The notes: a model not told the origin generated them from the sequence alone. A stretch of 64,000 bases of DNA from Octopus sinensis (GCF_006345805.1 NC_043002.1:115134001-115198000); one strand, 5' to 3'; positions 13,201-27,273 are shown, numbered from the stretch's first letter. Numbers and translations: made by a program.

Positions 13201-14098
13201 TACTAGCTTAAGGTGTCCCGCTCTACGCGCGGGTAAGAGTGTGGTTGTTACTTTCTATTGCTTCCTTTCTGTTTTTTATCACCACATTCTTCCTCTTTGT
13301 TTCTCTCTCCTTTCTCTCTCACTTTCCCACTCTCTTACTCTTCCTTTCTCTCGGACTCTCCCTCGCTTTCTCTTACTCCCTATCATTCTCTGTCTATCTA
13401 TCTCCCATTTATAAACAACTAAGGATCTTGAGTAAGTTGAGAAAGAATATATTTTGAAAGATCAATCATAAATATCAGGCAGTGACAACGGAAAGGTCTG
13501 CTTCAAGGCAGACAGCAAAACACTAACATTTAAAAGGGACAGACGAACTTGCGAGCTGAATAAAAATTTTAAAATATTGGAAACCAAAGTTTGAAGGGAT
13601 AGAATCTGAGGATAGTAGAGTCACCATGGCTGGCATTTCTTAACGACGGACAGCAACGTAGTGGCAGTTTAACGGCTGGCGTAAAATTTTGAACTTGATG
13701 TAAAAGAAAATTCCTAAACACCAAGTTTTGAATTGATTCTTTCTCACGACAGTAGACTCACCATGGCAAGCATTCAAAACATCTTCATGATGGACGGCAA
13801 CACATTGAAGATTTAAAGGCTGGCGCAAATTTTTTAGCTTGATGTAACAGAGAATTCCTAAACACCCGCTCCTGTAAATTTTAATCCCCTTACAGCCCCA
13901 TTTAGACCCCTTTTCACATTTTGGTTAATATAACCCGATTTCATTCGGGTCTACTGGGGCCACATTTTATAAGATGAGGAATTTTGTCCTAGAGGTCACG
14001 CCTTTCATTTGAGGAAAAAAATAGTTGCCATGCAAACTCGCCAGCACTTTTAACATAGGTGTGCATATTTTCAGCTCAACCGACCACATAATGCACAC

Positions 14099-14100
<2 letters not shown>
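13201..14100 (+). mobile_element. Possible Helentron-associated non-autonomous element
   Basis: Starts TACTAGC...CCCGC..GCGGG hairpin, has an internal ~135-bp tandem repeat at 13570-13865, flanked by (TA)n. Confidence 0.4.
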
Positions 14101-14168
<68 letters not shown>

Positions 14169-14958
14169 CATTATATATAAAAATGTATACAAATTATATA
14201 TATACATATATATATATATAAAAACAGATACATACACTTTGTATATATACATTATATATACATATTTATATATAGAGCACACACACTCACACATATATAT
14301 ATAAATTAACCCAATAAATATCTGATTCATAATATTTGTTCTTGTGATTGTGTAGTGGTTGTGGTGATAATAAAACTCTCTATGAATGCAGACAGACGTA
14401 CAGAGAGAGAGAGAGAGGAGAAAGAAAGAAAGATGGAGGCGGTGAGGGAAAGAGTGACAGCGCTGGCGAAGGCGGCGGGGAAAGATAGTAGTAGCTATCA
14501 AACGTCGTTATAGAGAGAAAGTGATGGGAAGGGAGGAAACAGAGAGAGATAGAGGAAGACATGCAGATAAGAGAATGAGAGGAGACTTATCAAAGTGTGC
14601 GTTTTTTGCCCTAGTAACCACACCTTTTAATATAGGGATTTCTAACCTAGCCCACTCATCCTCACCTCATTTTACATGTCCCTGTAAATTTTGGAGTCAA
14701 TCCGACGGGATCTAGTGGCCTTTAACCCGTTCCAATGCGAAAACCAGACAAACAAACTTTTTGCATTTCAGATTTATAGATATTGATATATATATATATG
14801 TAAAGTATGATAGCCATCTCAATATGGCTAACCACAAAGGGTGGGTGTTACTGAAGCTTTTAGCCCCAGATCATCGTCTCCAGCTGGCTTTAGGCACACT
14901 ATCTGTGCCCTTATGGTATTTGCAAAGGGAGGTCATCCTTTTCTCGTAAGCCTAAGTG

Positions 14959-14999
14959 CACGGACCGCAGTTTCGAGGTAGTTGCCTCTTGTCAACGGG
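14959..14999 (-). ncRNA. Hammerhead ribozyme, U3-A8 core variant
   Basis: CCCG-TTGACAA-GAGG(caacta)CCTC-GAAA-CTGCGG-TC-CGTG. Confidence 0.75.
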
Positions 15000-15070
15000 C
15001 GGTAATCACCGATTTACGATGAAAAGGAAGACCTTGTATGCTAATACTTAAGTGTTTTTCTAGTAACTTC

Positions 15071-15115
15071 CGTCCGTTGACAAGAGGCAACTACCTCGAA
15101 ACTGCGGTCCGTGCG
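15071..15115 (+). ncRNA. Hammerhead ribozyme, U3-A8 core variant (inverted copy)
   Basis: CGTCCG-TTGACAA-GAGG(caacta)CCTC-GAAA-CTGCGG-TC-CGTGCG. Confidence 0.75.
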
Positions 15116-15723
15116 TATCACTTAGGCTTACGAGAAAGGGATGACCTCCCTTTGCAAATACCATAAAAGCACAGATAGTGTGACTAAAGCCAGCTGGAGA
15201 CGAATTTGCAAGCAAAAATGCTTGTTCTAAAACCTCTCTAAAAAATATTGCAGTCGAGTCCGCTCGAACGGACAGCCATGTAAAAATGGCTACGAATATT
15301 ACTTGTCACTACAACTACTGCGTTGATCTCTTAGAGAGATTTTTAGAAATATAGAACTCTTTGAACGTTACTGACTCCTCACATTCAAGTACTCTTTTTC
15401 CCTGTCTTTCTCCAGATATCACTATATCACTATATCACTTGCTCACGACCAAAAAATCACAACACACTACCTTTTCTCTCACTCTCTCTTCGACGAAGAG
15501 TAATGTACTCGTATTTTACCAGACCTGTCAGTCAATCCAGCGTCAACTACTGGGTCAGTCAGTTCGGCGTCGGTTATCCTCTGAAGCTTGTTTTACTCTT
15601 TCATATCCTGATCATTTTTATGACATGCGGGCGTGCGGCCTGTTCTGAAAGATCGCTATCTACGCCTCAAACTTATTTATCTATCTATCCATTTATCTAT
15701 CTATCTATCTATTTATCTATCTG

Positions 15724-15780
<57 letters not shown>

Positions 15781-15898
15781 ATATCCATCCATTTATCTAT
15801 CTATCTATCTATCTATCTACCTGCCTGTCTGTCTGTCTATCAAAGTATTGATTAGTTACACACACACACGCACACACATGCATACATACATACATACA

Positions 15899-15930
<32 letters not shown>

Positions 15931-15938
15931 ATATATAT

Positions 15939-15973
<35 letters not shown>

Positions 15974-15984
15974 CTTTTATCTTT

Positions 15985-16404
15985 TTTTATCTTTCTATTT
16001 GTTTCAATCATTTGACTGCGGCCATGCTGGAGCACCGCCTTTAGTCGAGCAAATCGACCCCAGGACTTATTCTTTGAACGCCTAGTACTTATTCTATCTG
16101 GCTCCTTTGCCGGACCGCTAAGTTATGGGGACGTAAACACACCACCATCGGTTGTCAAGCGATGTTGGGAGGACAAACACAGACACACAAACATATATAC
16201 ACACACACACACATACATATACATATATATGCATATATACGACAGGCTTCCTTCAGTTTCTGTCTATCAAATCCACTCACAAGGTTTTGGTCGGCCCGAG
16301 ACTATAGTAGAAGACACTTGCCCAAGGTGCAACGCAGTGAGAATGAACCCGGAACCATGTGGCTGGTAAGCAAGCTACTTACCACACAGTCACTCCTGCG
16401 CCTA
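15985..16404 (-). mobile_element. Full-length SINE, family 1
   Basis: Reverse complement of 10841-11246. Confidence 0.92.
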
Positions 16405-16723
16405 TATATACACACATATATATATACATATATATATATACATATATATACATATATATATATATTATAAAGAGCAGGATATATATACGCACTCACACGT
16501 AAACATACCTATACATCTATATATACCTGTATGTATGTATGTATGTATGTATGTATGTATGTATGTATGTATGTGTGTGTGTGTGCATGTGTGTATGTGT
16601 GTGTTCGTGTATGTGTGCGACTCAAGTACATGCGTCAGTGAACCAATTAGCGTAGCAGGTTGAGCTTATATGTCATGAGATGCAATGAATATTGAAGTAG
16701 TATTCTTAATATTACGTGCTTTG

Positions 16724-17160
16724 AAAGCAGAATCACTGACGCGCAAAACAAAAAGCTTAGCAGCCTCTCTTTGGGTTTTACGCTCTGAGTTCAAGTTCCA
16801 TCGAGGTCCACTTTCCCTTTCATCCTTTTGGAATCGATAAAGTAAAGTACCAGTCAAGGACTTGGGTCGATGAAATGGATTTGCCCCTGTCCTAAGAGAG
16901 GTGACTTCCTTCGAAAATTTGTAACTTATATTACTTGCTTTGAAGGCGGCGAGCTGACACAATCGTTAGCGCGCCGGACAAAATGTTTGGCAGCGTTTCG
17001 TCCGTCTTCACGTTCTGAGTTCAAATTTCGCCGAGGTCGACTTTGTCTTTCATCCTTTTGTGATCGATAAAAAAGTACCAGTCATGTACTGAGGTCGATT
17101 GATCGACTTACCACTACCCAGAAAATGCTGGCCTTGTGCCAAAATTGGAAACTAATATTA
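16724..17160 (+). mobile_element. Two tandem SINEs, family 2 (Meta-domain-like)
   Basis: GGCGGCGAGCTG...GAGTTCAAAT...CTTTCATCCTTT...TCGATAAA..AGTACCAG twice. Confidence 0.8.
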
Positions 17161-18329
17161 CGCGTTTCGGTTTATTTTTTTAGAAAAACAAAAAGCAACA
17201 TAAAATATATTGACCTATATATGAAGATGTTGAATTTGTTACACTGTTTAAATCATTAATATAAAAACAATATAAGCATATTCGTAATAGCCGTAATTCT
17301 TGGTGCAATATATTAGTATCGAAAATGGTGAAGTTAGGGTATAGTAAGCATTTCAATTAAATTAGTCGAGTGGATCAGCTTAATAGGTATGTAATGTGTC
17401 GTAAAAAGCAATGCACAGGCGTGGTTACCGAAGGTAAGAGAGAGTCATTAGGAAATAATTGGAAAAAAATATATATGTAGCTGTAGTAGTTTATTGGTAA
17501 TGTTAACTGAGGCAGCATAGCAACAACAACATTAACACTGTACTGAGTGACCCTAATTGTTAGTGCAAACTCTAATTACACGCCATATCTCGATAAGCTA
17601 AGTAGATAACAAAAATCTAAGAATGTAATTGAAACCTTTTAAAGCTGTTTCATATCGTTATATCTCCTGATCTGTATCTTTTTCTATTTTCTATCTTTTT
17701 TACTATCTTTCATGATTTTCTTTCATACGGCTCTCTAAACTTACCCCATGAGTATCGCCAAGATGAACTTAATATCCTCGGTTTTAATTACTACTTCCTC
17801 TAAGTGACATCTTGTAGTCTAAAGAGGCATCTTTTACCTATCCTACTGTGACATTATTCAACGCGTGGAACTTTTATGCTAAAATTGTATTAGAATCACC
17901 GTGATCTACTATGTTATTTCAAAGCCTTGCTAGGTTACGTTTCGTTATGTAGAAATTAAAACGTTCCGAGACTGTATTTTCATAATTGGCAGTGAGTAAC
18001 AGAGTAGATCATAACATACCAATGCATCGAATATTAAAAGCCTAGAGTATAATATGCGACGAGAAAAATCAATAGCTGATGACTAATATCTATTTTTCAG
18101 GCTTTTTTTTGCTTTTAGTTTTTGAAAGTACGGGAGACAACTCTGGAAGTGTTTCTACTTTACCTTAATCTAAGCCTGAAAGCAATTAAGACATAAAAGA
18201 ATCATCCATAACTTGCAATGAGCATCATTTATTAAAATAAAAGTATTCAGAACACAAAATAACATGTAACAAAAACAATTTGCTAACATATTTACATTCC
18301 CATATAACAGTTAAGAACATCGCCATTAT

Positions 18330-18510
18330 TGTATTACGCATGCGCGGAAGTTTTTATTCGACTAGATGCTGCTGGCTTAATTACGCACGACTCAAGTTAG
18401 AGAAGGGGTGCGTATTATACACAAGGTTTAGGTTTTTCAGAGGTACAGCCCCCTAAAAATCCCCTGCGTATTATACTCAAGGGCGGACTATACTCGAGGA
18501 TTCACGGTAT
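18330..18510. mobile_element. One end of a Tc1/mariner-pogo-like DNA transposon
   Basis: Subterminal repeats GCGTATTATAC/GCGGACTATAC ending CTCGAGGATTCACGG-TA; the partner end was not found. Confidence 0.5.
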
Positions 18511-19034
18511 TCGAAATATATACTTAATGCATAGGTCGAACATTAAAAAACTGAAGAAAAGTTTTTAGGCGTTGTTTGCTAACTATGCTGTCACCCATAT
18601 ATATATATAGATACATATTTGTTAATATATCCAACACCTGCACCCACAGTTGGCTTGATCAACGCTCATATTCACGCAACAAAAATGCTATTGAAATAAA
18701 TATCCTGCAATGAATTTGTATTGATCTCGTACTGTATTATATACATATATACTTATGATGTATGATATGGTTATCTGTGCGATTGTATAGAAGCAGTTTC
18801 ATTGGCACAATCTGAATCCAATTCCTGTATTCATTGCATCTATATCTAGCCACATATAACTCATTCCACGCTTAATGCTGTAAAACATAATTGTTACACG
18901 TTTCTATTTCTCCAGTCTCTTCGAATATAGTCTGTTATATCTAGTCACAATAACGACTATCGCCGTTAGCTTTAATGTTTCATCGTGAAGTGTCTAACAG
19001 TACTTCAACAAAACAGACTATCATTGTCTTTCAG

Positions 19035-19133
19035 ATTGTACAGACTATTATGAATTTGTTGTTTGATAAAGAGGAAGACACTAAAAAAAATGACACCAAC
19101 ACTAATGAAAATGGAAGAATTAATATTTATTAA
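19035..19133 (+). CDS. Weak candidate terminal exon (IVQTIMNLLFDKEEDTKKNDTNTNENGRINIY*)
   Basis: Acceptor tgtctttcag followed by 32 open codons in non-repetitive sequence; no homology recognised. Confidence 0.2.
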   Translation: MVQTIMNLLFDKEEDTKKNDTNTNENGRINIY

Positions 19134-19246
19134 TTACAAAAGGGATTTATTAATGTCTTTTTCTCTGAAACTGCGAATCAACATACTCCGACATTTTTTC
19201 TCTTTAACATTTCTACCACAAATACAGTGGCACCCGCAATTCAGAC

Positions 19247-19414
19247 CTGGTTAATATTTTCTCACTTCCACTCCTTGCGTCCCTCCTCCAAGGTCCTGCA
19301 CTAGCCATTAATCGTAGCCGATCCTCCTTCCTTGTACATATATTTCCTGCAGCAGTGGACTGAAATTCTTCAAGGAAAACGCTAACCTCGCCGATATCAT
19401 CAATCTGGAAAGAC
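19247..19414 (-). CDS. Weak candidate internal exon, 168 nt
   Basis: ctgcag acceptor, CCAG/gtctga donor, one open frame, higher GC than flanks; product not recognised. Confidence 0.22.
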
Positions 19415-20823
19415 CTGCAGATCAAACCAATAATAAAATGGCATCACCAAAGATAATGATCACAAGAAAGGCATGAAGAATAAAAATTAAATTCATATTT
19501 CCTTAAAGATATTTGTGCAGAAACAAAAACAAAGATGATGGAAAATTAAATAAGCTACAGTTTTTTTCCAGTGAAGGTCTTGTGTACAGGAGATAAATCA
19601 TTGATCAAAATGATCTATACAATAGCGAATCATAGATTTTCTTTATTCACTACGAAAACTAGTAGACCAGTTTACCTAAATTTCCCTTGATATGCATTTG
19701 AACAGTGAAGCAAACCTGATTATGCCATCGATTCATAGTGATCACATCTATCATATCGTTGCTTGTCGGTTTTGAAATATTTTATTCTTTGTATTTTAAC
19801 AGCAAATAATCAATTTGCTTCTCTCTAATGTTGGATGCAGAGCAAATTGTGGCAGTTATTGATGAAAAAAATTGTGTCCCTTCCAGTCATGAACAACACG
19901 CAACGAGAATCTTTAAGGTCTCTATAAATATTAGCTCTCGCCATTACTGATGTTCTCTCCTGACAACCTCTCATACCCAACAAAGCAAATATTGAAATTC
20001 CCCTTCGGGACAAGAAAATACTTCAGCTCCCAACAAGCTTCTGGCCATTTAAAAACTTAAATGAGTTATTCTCAAACAGCTTTGTTGCTGTGCTGTGCAT
20101 ACAGATAGCCTAGATGTTATATTGTTGTGCATCAACTCACTACATTGTCTCCTCTGACTCTTCAACTATCATGGTGTCTACTGGACTGGTTGAGTTCATG
20201 CTACTTACACTCAGGTACACTTAATTCACTTGTCTCTCGCCATCTTAGTCCTCATTCTGTCTCCACAAAATATATTCACAACACTTCTTTCCAAGAATGT
20301 CATTCCACTAGATTCCCTTCCTTGCCCAAGTATTTCCTCGAACTGTCAACTTATAATTAATTACAGAGAACACCAACGTGTCTGGAAACCTGCAAAGCCG
20401 TAGGGACGGCCACTTCCTCAAGACCCAACCATTTTTGTTTTTAATGTAACACAGACAATTTATCAGATATACAAGCGAATATGATAATAATATAAACATC
20501 TGAGAGCAATATTTATGGGTGCATTAGCACTTTAAATATATTTACCGTTCAGTCTTATTTTTCCCACATAACCATAAACGAAGGCAAGCTGCTTTTTTTT
20601 TTATCATAGCCTCGGGTGGTGAAACTTGTAGACGAAAACTGCTTAGAAGCCCGTGGAAAGAATTAATTGAAACTGCTGTCGTATTGAGTCAGCCCGAGAA
20701 TCACGTTAAGAGACATGTGTCTGCCAAGTACTCAGTCATCTACTTATTAGTTTAACAAGAAGTTATTTTAAACAACTGAAAGAGGGATCAGTCATCATCA
20801 TCATCATTATCATCATCATCATT

Positions 20824-20863
<40 letters not shown>

Positions 20864-21248
20864 CTGACCACTACAAACGGAAAATCAAATATAAATTCAA
20901 ATATTGAGACTTTTGACAGAGAGCAATATTTGGGGTGCCTTGAAACTGTCATGATCAAATTGGTAATATGAAAGTCAGTATTTATTATCGAATAGAAACA
21001 TAAAAGCTTTCGTGTTCAAAGACAAATTCGAAAGAAAAACACTGTTTTTAAGAAAATTTGTATTGAAGTCCGTTAATTTATATAATTTAGTATGTCGTCG
21101 GGAGACGAGAATTCTGGCGCTTTGATGAAGTTTTTCATCGAAGAGAGAAAAGTATGTAGACGTATGTGGTTTAGAAGCTCACGTTGTTTTGGGTTCTATT
21201 CCACCGCACGGAATCTTGAACAAGATAGACGAAATCTGTGCGGACGTC

Positions 21249-21293
<45 letters not shown>

Positions 21294-22126
21294 GTTTATT
21301 TGTATCTGTCTGTGATTGTATATTTGTATATACCGGTGTAAGCGATGCATAGAGTTACGACCCTCTTTGCCTAATCAAACATTCGATAAATAGATATCGA
21401 CAAAATAAGAAAATGAAATAAACGCTGCAGTTGAGGAAAAGGTCTGAAGACATTTACTCAACGATGGCCACAATCCAATGAGTAAATCCAGCAAAGGAGT
21501 AAAATAGTATATTTGATTTTCAATGCTAGTTTATCTCAAGCAAAAAATACATACAGGATTTTAACTGACTTCCTAATACATTTGATTATTACATTCATTT
21601 AACGAACTTTTCAAGTAAAATTTGAGTATTTCACAACCTTATGTTTATCTTTTATCTTTTATTTGTTTCGGTTATTAGACTGCGGCCATGCTGGGGCACC
21701 GCCTTCGGGAATTTTTGGTCGAATGAATTGACCCCAATACTTACTTTACGCCTGGTACGAATGCTATCGGACCCTTATGCCGAACCGCAAAATTACGGAG
21801 ACGTAAGCAGACTAGCACTGGTTGCCAAGCGGTGAAGTGGGTACAAACACTGACACATACACACACAAACACAAACACACACATACACATACACACACAC
21901 AAACACACACACACATTAGAGTATAAAGTACAATTGTAAAGTATTGTGCTTTACACTCTACATAGCCAAGAAATAAACTGAAAAATCGGATGGAAGGTAA
22001 AGGAAGATTAACAATAAATGCACCATCAGAAGGAACCAGCCTTAGCTCTTCACTCAGAGAAATTCGCTATCTGCCTAGATATTATATCCTTCATCTTACT
22101 GTATGTATATATATATATAGTTATAC

Positions 22127-22338
22127 TGATGAAACAACATCCCCTTCCTCAATTTTCTTGGTCGTTTGGTCCGCATAGCCCTTCGTAACTGCTTCAGCAA
22201 GTTGGCATAGTATCCTCCATTAATGATGTAGTCCTTTTGAAGATAGTCAATAAATACAATGCCTTTTGCATTCCAAAATACTTAGGCCATCACTTTCCCA
22301 GCAGATGATACAACCTTGGCCTTCTCTGGAGCAGGCGC
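22127..22338 (-). pseudogene. mariner transposase fragment
   Basis: PEKAKVVSSAGKVMA*VFWNAKGIVFIDYLQK..INGGYYANLLKQLRRA...LFH. Confidence 0.85.
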
Positions 22339-22383
22339 GCCTAGATATTATATCCTTCCTCTTGCTGTATGTATATATATAGT

Positions 22384-22445
<62 letters not shown>

Positions 22446-23764
22446 ACACACACACGCCGGGCTACTTTCAGCTTCCGTTTAACAAATCCACTCACAAGGC
22501 TTTGGTCCGCCCTAGGCTATAGTAGAAGACACTCGCCCAAGGTGCCACGCAGTGTGATTGAACCCGGAACCATGGGGTTGGAAAGCATGCTTCTTACCAC
22601 ACAGCCACGACTCCGCCTATGTTGACTTATCATGGTCAACATTACTATAAGAAGTTTTATAGGAGAAATAACCGCTAGTTGTTAAACCATGAAAATATAA
22701 AAGATTATGTATTTCGTTTCAACTACGGAAAAATTAACAAAAATAATTTGAATTTACAGATCTAACCATCCTGCACTAAACAACTCACTCATGTTCTAAT
22801 ATCAAACGATTTGACAATTTCACTTCATTAATCCGATGTTGTGGAAACCATTCCATCGTCACTCGATCGTACTCAGTACTCTCACCATATTTCATTGTAA
22901 CAACTGGTGAAAGCAGGTATATTTGAACTGGTAATAAATAACCTCGTATTTATACACACCACTACTTAGCGCTGCCACCCTGTAATTTCTTTGCGGTGAG
23001 CCGCCTATTAAGCGCTACCAGACACTTTACGATGATGGGTATATCATAAGGGAGACCATCTCTATTATCGGCTTGCAGTGCACACACCCCGGTTACTGTG
23101 CCTGGAGAGGAGATTACTACTCCAAAATGGTTGTCTCTCACAGCTCGTGTAGGTCTCGTTGCGGTCTTATTTTAGTGTATTTACGCTATTTATCAACATC
23201 GAGAAATCTTCTTCATGATGAACCCCAGTGAATGGCTTTCTTACGAGTTCGAATATGCCCCAAGCATATTTGAACTGGTAATAACCCTGTATGTATTTTT
23301 AATGGTTATCTGCTTCTAGAACCCCTGTCTCATTAGAATTTCAATACTTTTTCTATTTGCTTCTGCATATGATTAACAATTAATGAACTGAAGCACTATG
23401 GTCTATTTTTATCTCTCGAGTTGAAGTGGATTGTGTTTACATTTGACACGACTAGTAACACATCTCTCTCAAGCGTTATAGCAAGGGTTAAACTTAAGTA
23501 AAACAAGATAAGAACCACATAAAATCGAGGTTTCATTCCACGCAACTGTATTGTGAACAATCTAAAGTAGAGCGGCTCGACTTAATGCTGCCTGTGGGCC
23601 GTAGAAATATAAGTTTTTGCTTGTAATTTTGGGCGAACTAAAAGAAGTATCGAAAATGTGTTGCACCTGTGTGTGTGTGTGTGTGTGTGCGCGCGTTGTG
23701 TTCGTGCGTGTGTGTGCGTGTGTGTATTTGTGCGTTTAAATACATATCTTACATATCTATTATC

Positions 23765-24412
23765 TTTTAATTTTTTATGTTTCAGTTATTAGACTGCGGC
23801 CATGCCACGGCACCACCTTGAAGAATATTAGCTAAACAAATCGACCCTAGTACTTATTTTGTCTTCTTTTCTTGTAAAGCCTGATACTTATTCTATCGAT
23901 CTCTTTTTACTGGGCCGCCAGTTGGAGGGAAGTAAACACACCAACACCGGTTATCAAGTGGGAGATAAACAGAAGCACAAACACACACACACACACACAC
24001 ACAAACCATATCTATATGTACGACGGGCTTGTTTCAGTTTCCGTCTACCGAATCTACTCACAAGACTTTGGTTCGCCTGAAGCTGTAATAGAAGACACTT
24101 ACCTCGCTCAAGTTGTCACGCAGTGGGACTGAACCCGGAACCATGTGATTGGAAAGCAAACATCTTGCCACACATCCTCGCCTCAACCTGTTATATTGGT
24201 TTCAAATTTTGGCACAAAGCCAGTAAGTTTGGGAAGTGGGCAGGTCTATTACATGCCCCCAGTGTGCAACTGGTACTTATTTTATTGACCCCCGAAAGGA
24301 TTAAAGGCAAAGTCGACCCCGGCGGGATCTGAACTCAGAACATAAAGATAGACAAAATGCCGCTAAACATTTTACCTGGTGTGCTAACGATTTTGCCTCC
24401 TCACCACCTTGA
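23765..24412 (-). mobile_element. Degenerate SINE family 1 followed by SINE family 2
   Basis: Similarity to 15985-16404 and 53543-53742. Confidence 0.8.
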
Positions 24413-24514
24413 TTGCACCTATTATATCAAAAGATTTCAATTATCTCCCTGTTATTCATCGAAACTCAAATAGTAGTAAATATATCTTTTCATTATCTTC
24501 TCATAAAATCAAAT

Positions 24515-24760
24515 ATGCTAATGCAGGAAAGTAACGCAAGACAGATTCTTGAAGCCGAGCTAACCGACAGGAGACCTCAGGACTGACCAAGAATTAAATG
24601 GTTGATAATATGCATAGTTCCAGTTGGTCGCGCTTGAGAATCCAACCAGAAAGTGTAATGACGGTTGCTTTTGATAGGACCCTATGGAGGAGGTATCTTA
24701 AGATTCTATCTCACGACCCTCCCCGGAATAGTGGGTGGAGAAGTGGATGGATGGATGGAT
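24515..24760 (+). mobile_element. RTE-clade LINE 3' end
   Basis: RQILEA...RRPQ..PRIKW.DN...AFDRTLWR followed by a (TGGA)n tail. Confidence 0.75.
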
Positions 24761-26061
24761 ATATTAACGCTTCTTATAAATATAACAATGTGTTACTCCT
24801 CATTATCAAACCAAAAAATTGAGGGTGCAGATTATCCGTGATATGAAGAGGAAATTAATTCGAGGTAAAAATAAACTATTTCCAATCATCAAGATGGGGA
24901 GATAATGACAGCAAAAATGACAGCAAAAGTCCAATTTCTTCGAAGTCAGAGATTCTAGTCGTTGTAGGAGAAAGAAAGTTGTTGATGTAGAAAACTACAG
25001 AGTAAACATTTAGAAGTGGATTTTACCTTGAATACCTGTGAAGCTTAACTAAAACGAAAGTCAGGGCGATAAGAACCATGTTAATGAAGTACCACATGCT
25101 GCTCATTTTATTTTAAACGCGATGGGATTAGATGCTATCATAAATCAAAGATAGTAGGATAAATTTTTCCCAAATCGCTCTTCTCTAAATGCATAGCATG
25201 TAAAACCATAACTTGACTTTGTTTACAGTTAATCTGGTATAGTTTTGAATACAGTGCTAAATTGTAAGTTAACTACTTTTCTGTTTGTAACTTTCATATA
25301 CCGTTGAGTGAGCAGTTGCTTGGAGTAATGCAATTTCAGGTATGAGAAAAGACTATTATTTTATTTGAAGACACTTTTGAATCGAAATGTGTAACAGAGA
25401 AAGCAAAATGCTTACAGCCAAAATTAGCTAAGATTTTAGCTGTTTTTGTGTTATGGCCATATATGGTTTATAGGAAATTGAATAGAATTTAAATTCAGAA
25501 TTTCATTGGTGATATTTATGCTTAGACTGAAACTGGAAGCTGGTTTATGTCTTTGAATATTTCTGATTCTCTCATTACGCGTTGAGGATTTAGGACGAGG
25601 AATATATGGGATTTTATCTGAAAAAAATAATCGCAATCGAGTGTTATCTGATAATAATAACGAAAAAAGGCTAATATTAAAGACTCCAGAAGAGGACATA
25701 TATTTGTTAATATTAGAAATGAAACTTCGCAGAATAATGGACACATGATTAGAATTCTTACTAACTTCCATAAAATTTTTTCACATACAAGTTTTTGGTA
25801 AGAATTGAATTTATTTATAACTAAGTGTAAAGTAATAAAGAGCTATACTAAGATTGGTATCAACTATAATTCGTACAACTATTTCTCTGAGTAATTTTAT
25901 GAGATGTTTTCTGAATCTATAACATTCATAGCCATTCGTAATGTGTAAGATTAAGATCTTGTCGCCCACATCAGGAAATTTTTATGTATACAATCTAAAA
26001 TATAATGCCGATAATTTCGTATAATTTGCAATATATATTATCGGAATTACTATAGAAATCC

Positions 26062-26093
<32 letters not shown>

Positions 26094-26139
26094 TATGTAT
26101 GTATGTATATATGTATGTATGTATATATATATATATGTA

Positions 26140-26192
<53 letters not shown>

Positions 26193-26201
26193 GTATGTAT
26201 A

Positions 26202-26266
<65 letters not shown>

Positions 26267-26269
26267 ATA

Positions 26270-27273
26270 TGTATATATATGTATGTATGTATATATGTAT
26301 CTATGTATATATGGAAGGGAACAATAAACACAAAAAGAAAGAAAATAGCTCGAGAGGGACATTTTTACAAACGTTGTACTGATTTAATATTTAAAAGGAA
26401 CAGAAAGAGTCATGACGTTTCGGACGCAGGTCTTTCATTAGAAGTAAGTGAGGAAAGAATAAAAGAGAATGAATGAGAAAATGTGATAAGCGAAGTAAAC
26501 AATGAAGGTGTTAGGAGCTAGATAGAAATGTAGTTTTATGCAGTAGTCAAGAAAGGAGGAGGATAGGTGGGTTTCATGGACAGGAGTGCATTTATGAATT
26601 GAGTACAATACAGAGAGTGTATGTAGTTTTAGGGATGTGTGTAGGTATGTACAGGTGAGCAAGTGTGAAAGTGCAGTAGTGTGAGATAGTTGCGGGTGTA
26701 GTTGGTGTGTAGATATAATCGTATTGTGTGTGCAGTGAAGATGTGAATTAACAGGTGGTAGTAGGTGTGAGTGTGAAATGAAATGGGCGGCAAGACGAAA
26801 GTGGTGTTTATGATAAAACATTGATGGATATGATAAACGATATGTATGTATGTATATATTACTCTTTTTTACACTTTGTACTTGTTTCAGTCATTTGACT
26901 GCGGCCATGCTGGAGCACCGCCTTTAGTCGAGCAAATCGACCCCGGGACTTATTCTTTGTAAGCCCAGTACTTATTCTATCGGTCTCTTTTGCCGAACCG
27001 CTAAGTGACGGGGACGTAAACACACCAGCATCGGTTGTCAAGCAATGCTAGGGGAACAAACACAGACACACAAACATATTCACACACACTTATATATATA
27101 TACATATATACGACAGGCTTCTTTCAGTTTCCGTCTACCAAATCCACTCAAAAGGCATTGGTCGGCCCGGGGCTATAGCAGAAGACACTTGCCCAAGATG
27201 CCACGCAGTGGGACTGAACCCGGAACCATGTGGTTGGTTAGCAAGCTACTTACCAAACAGCCACTCCTGCGCC

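Larger units (their letters stand above)
14805..15202. mobile_element. PLE-like non-coding element (group B) with an inverted duplication
   Basis: 15074-15202 is the reverse complement of 14873-14999; each arm carries an HHR. Confidence 0.8.

Noticed and set aside
23210-23278. Possible HHR (TTCA-TGATGA...GAA-TATGC..GCATA-TT-TGAA)
   Set aside because: Needs several indels in the core; may be a decayed HHR but was not counted
25451-25771. 106-aa minus-strand ORF
   Set aside because: AT-rich low-complexity sequence with no recognisable motif
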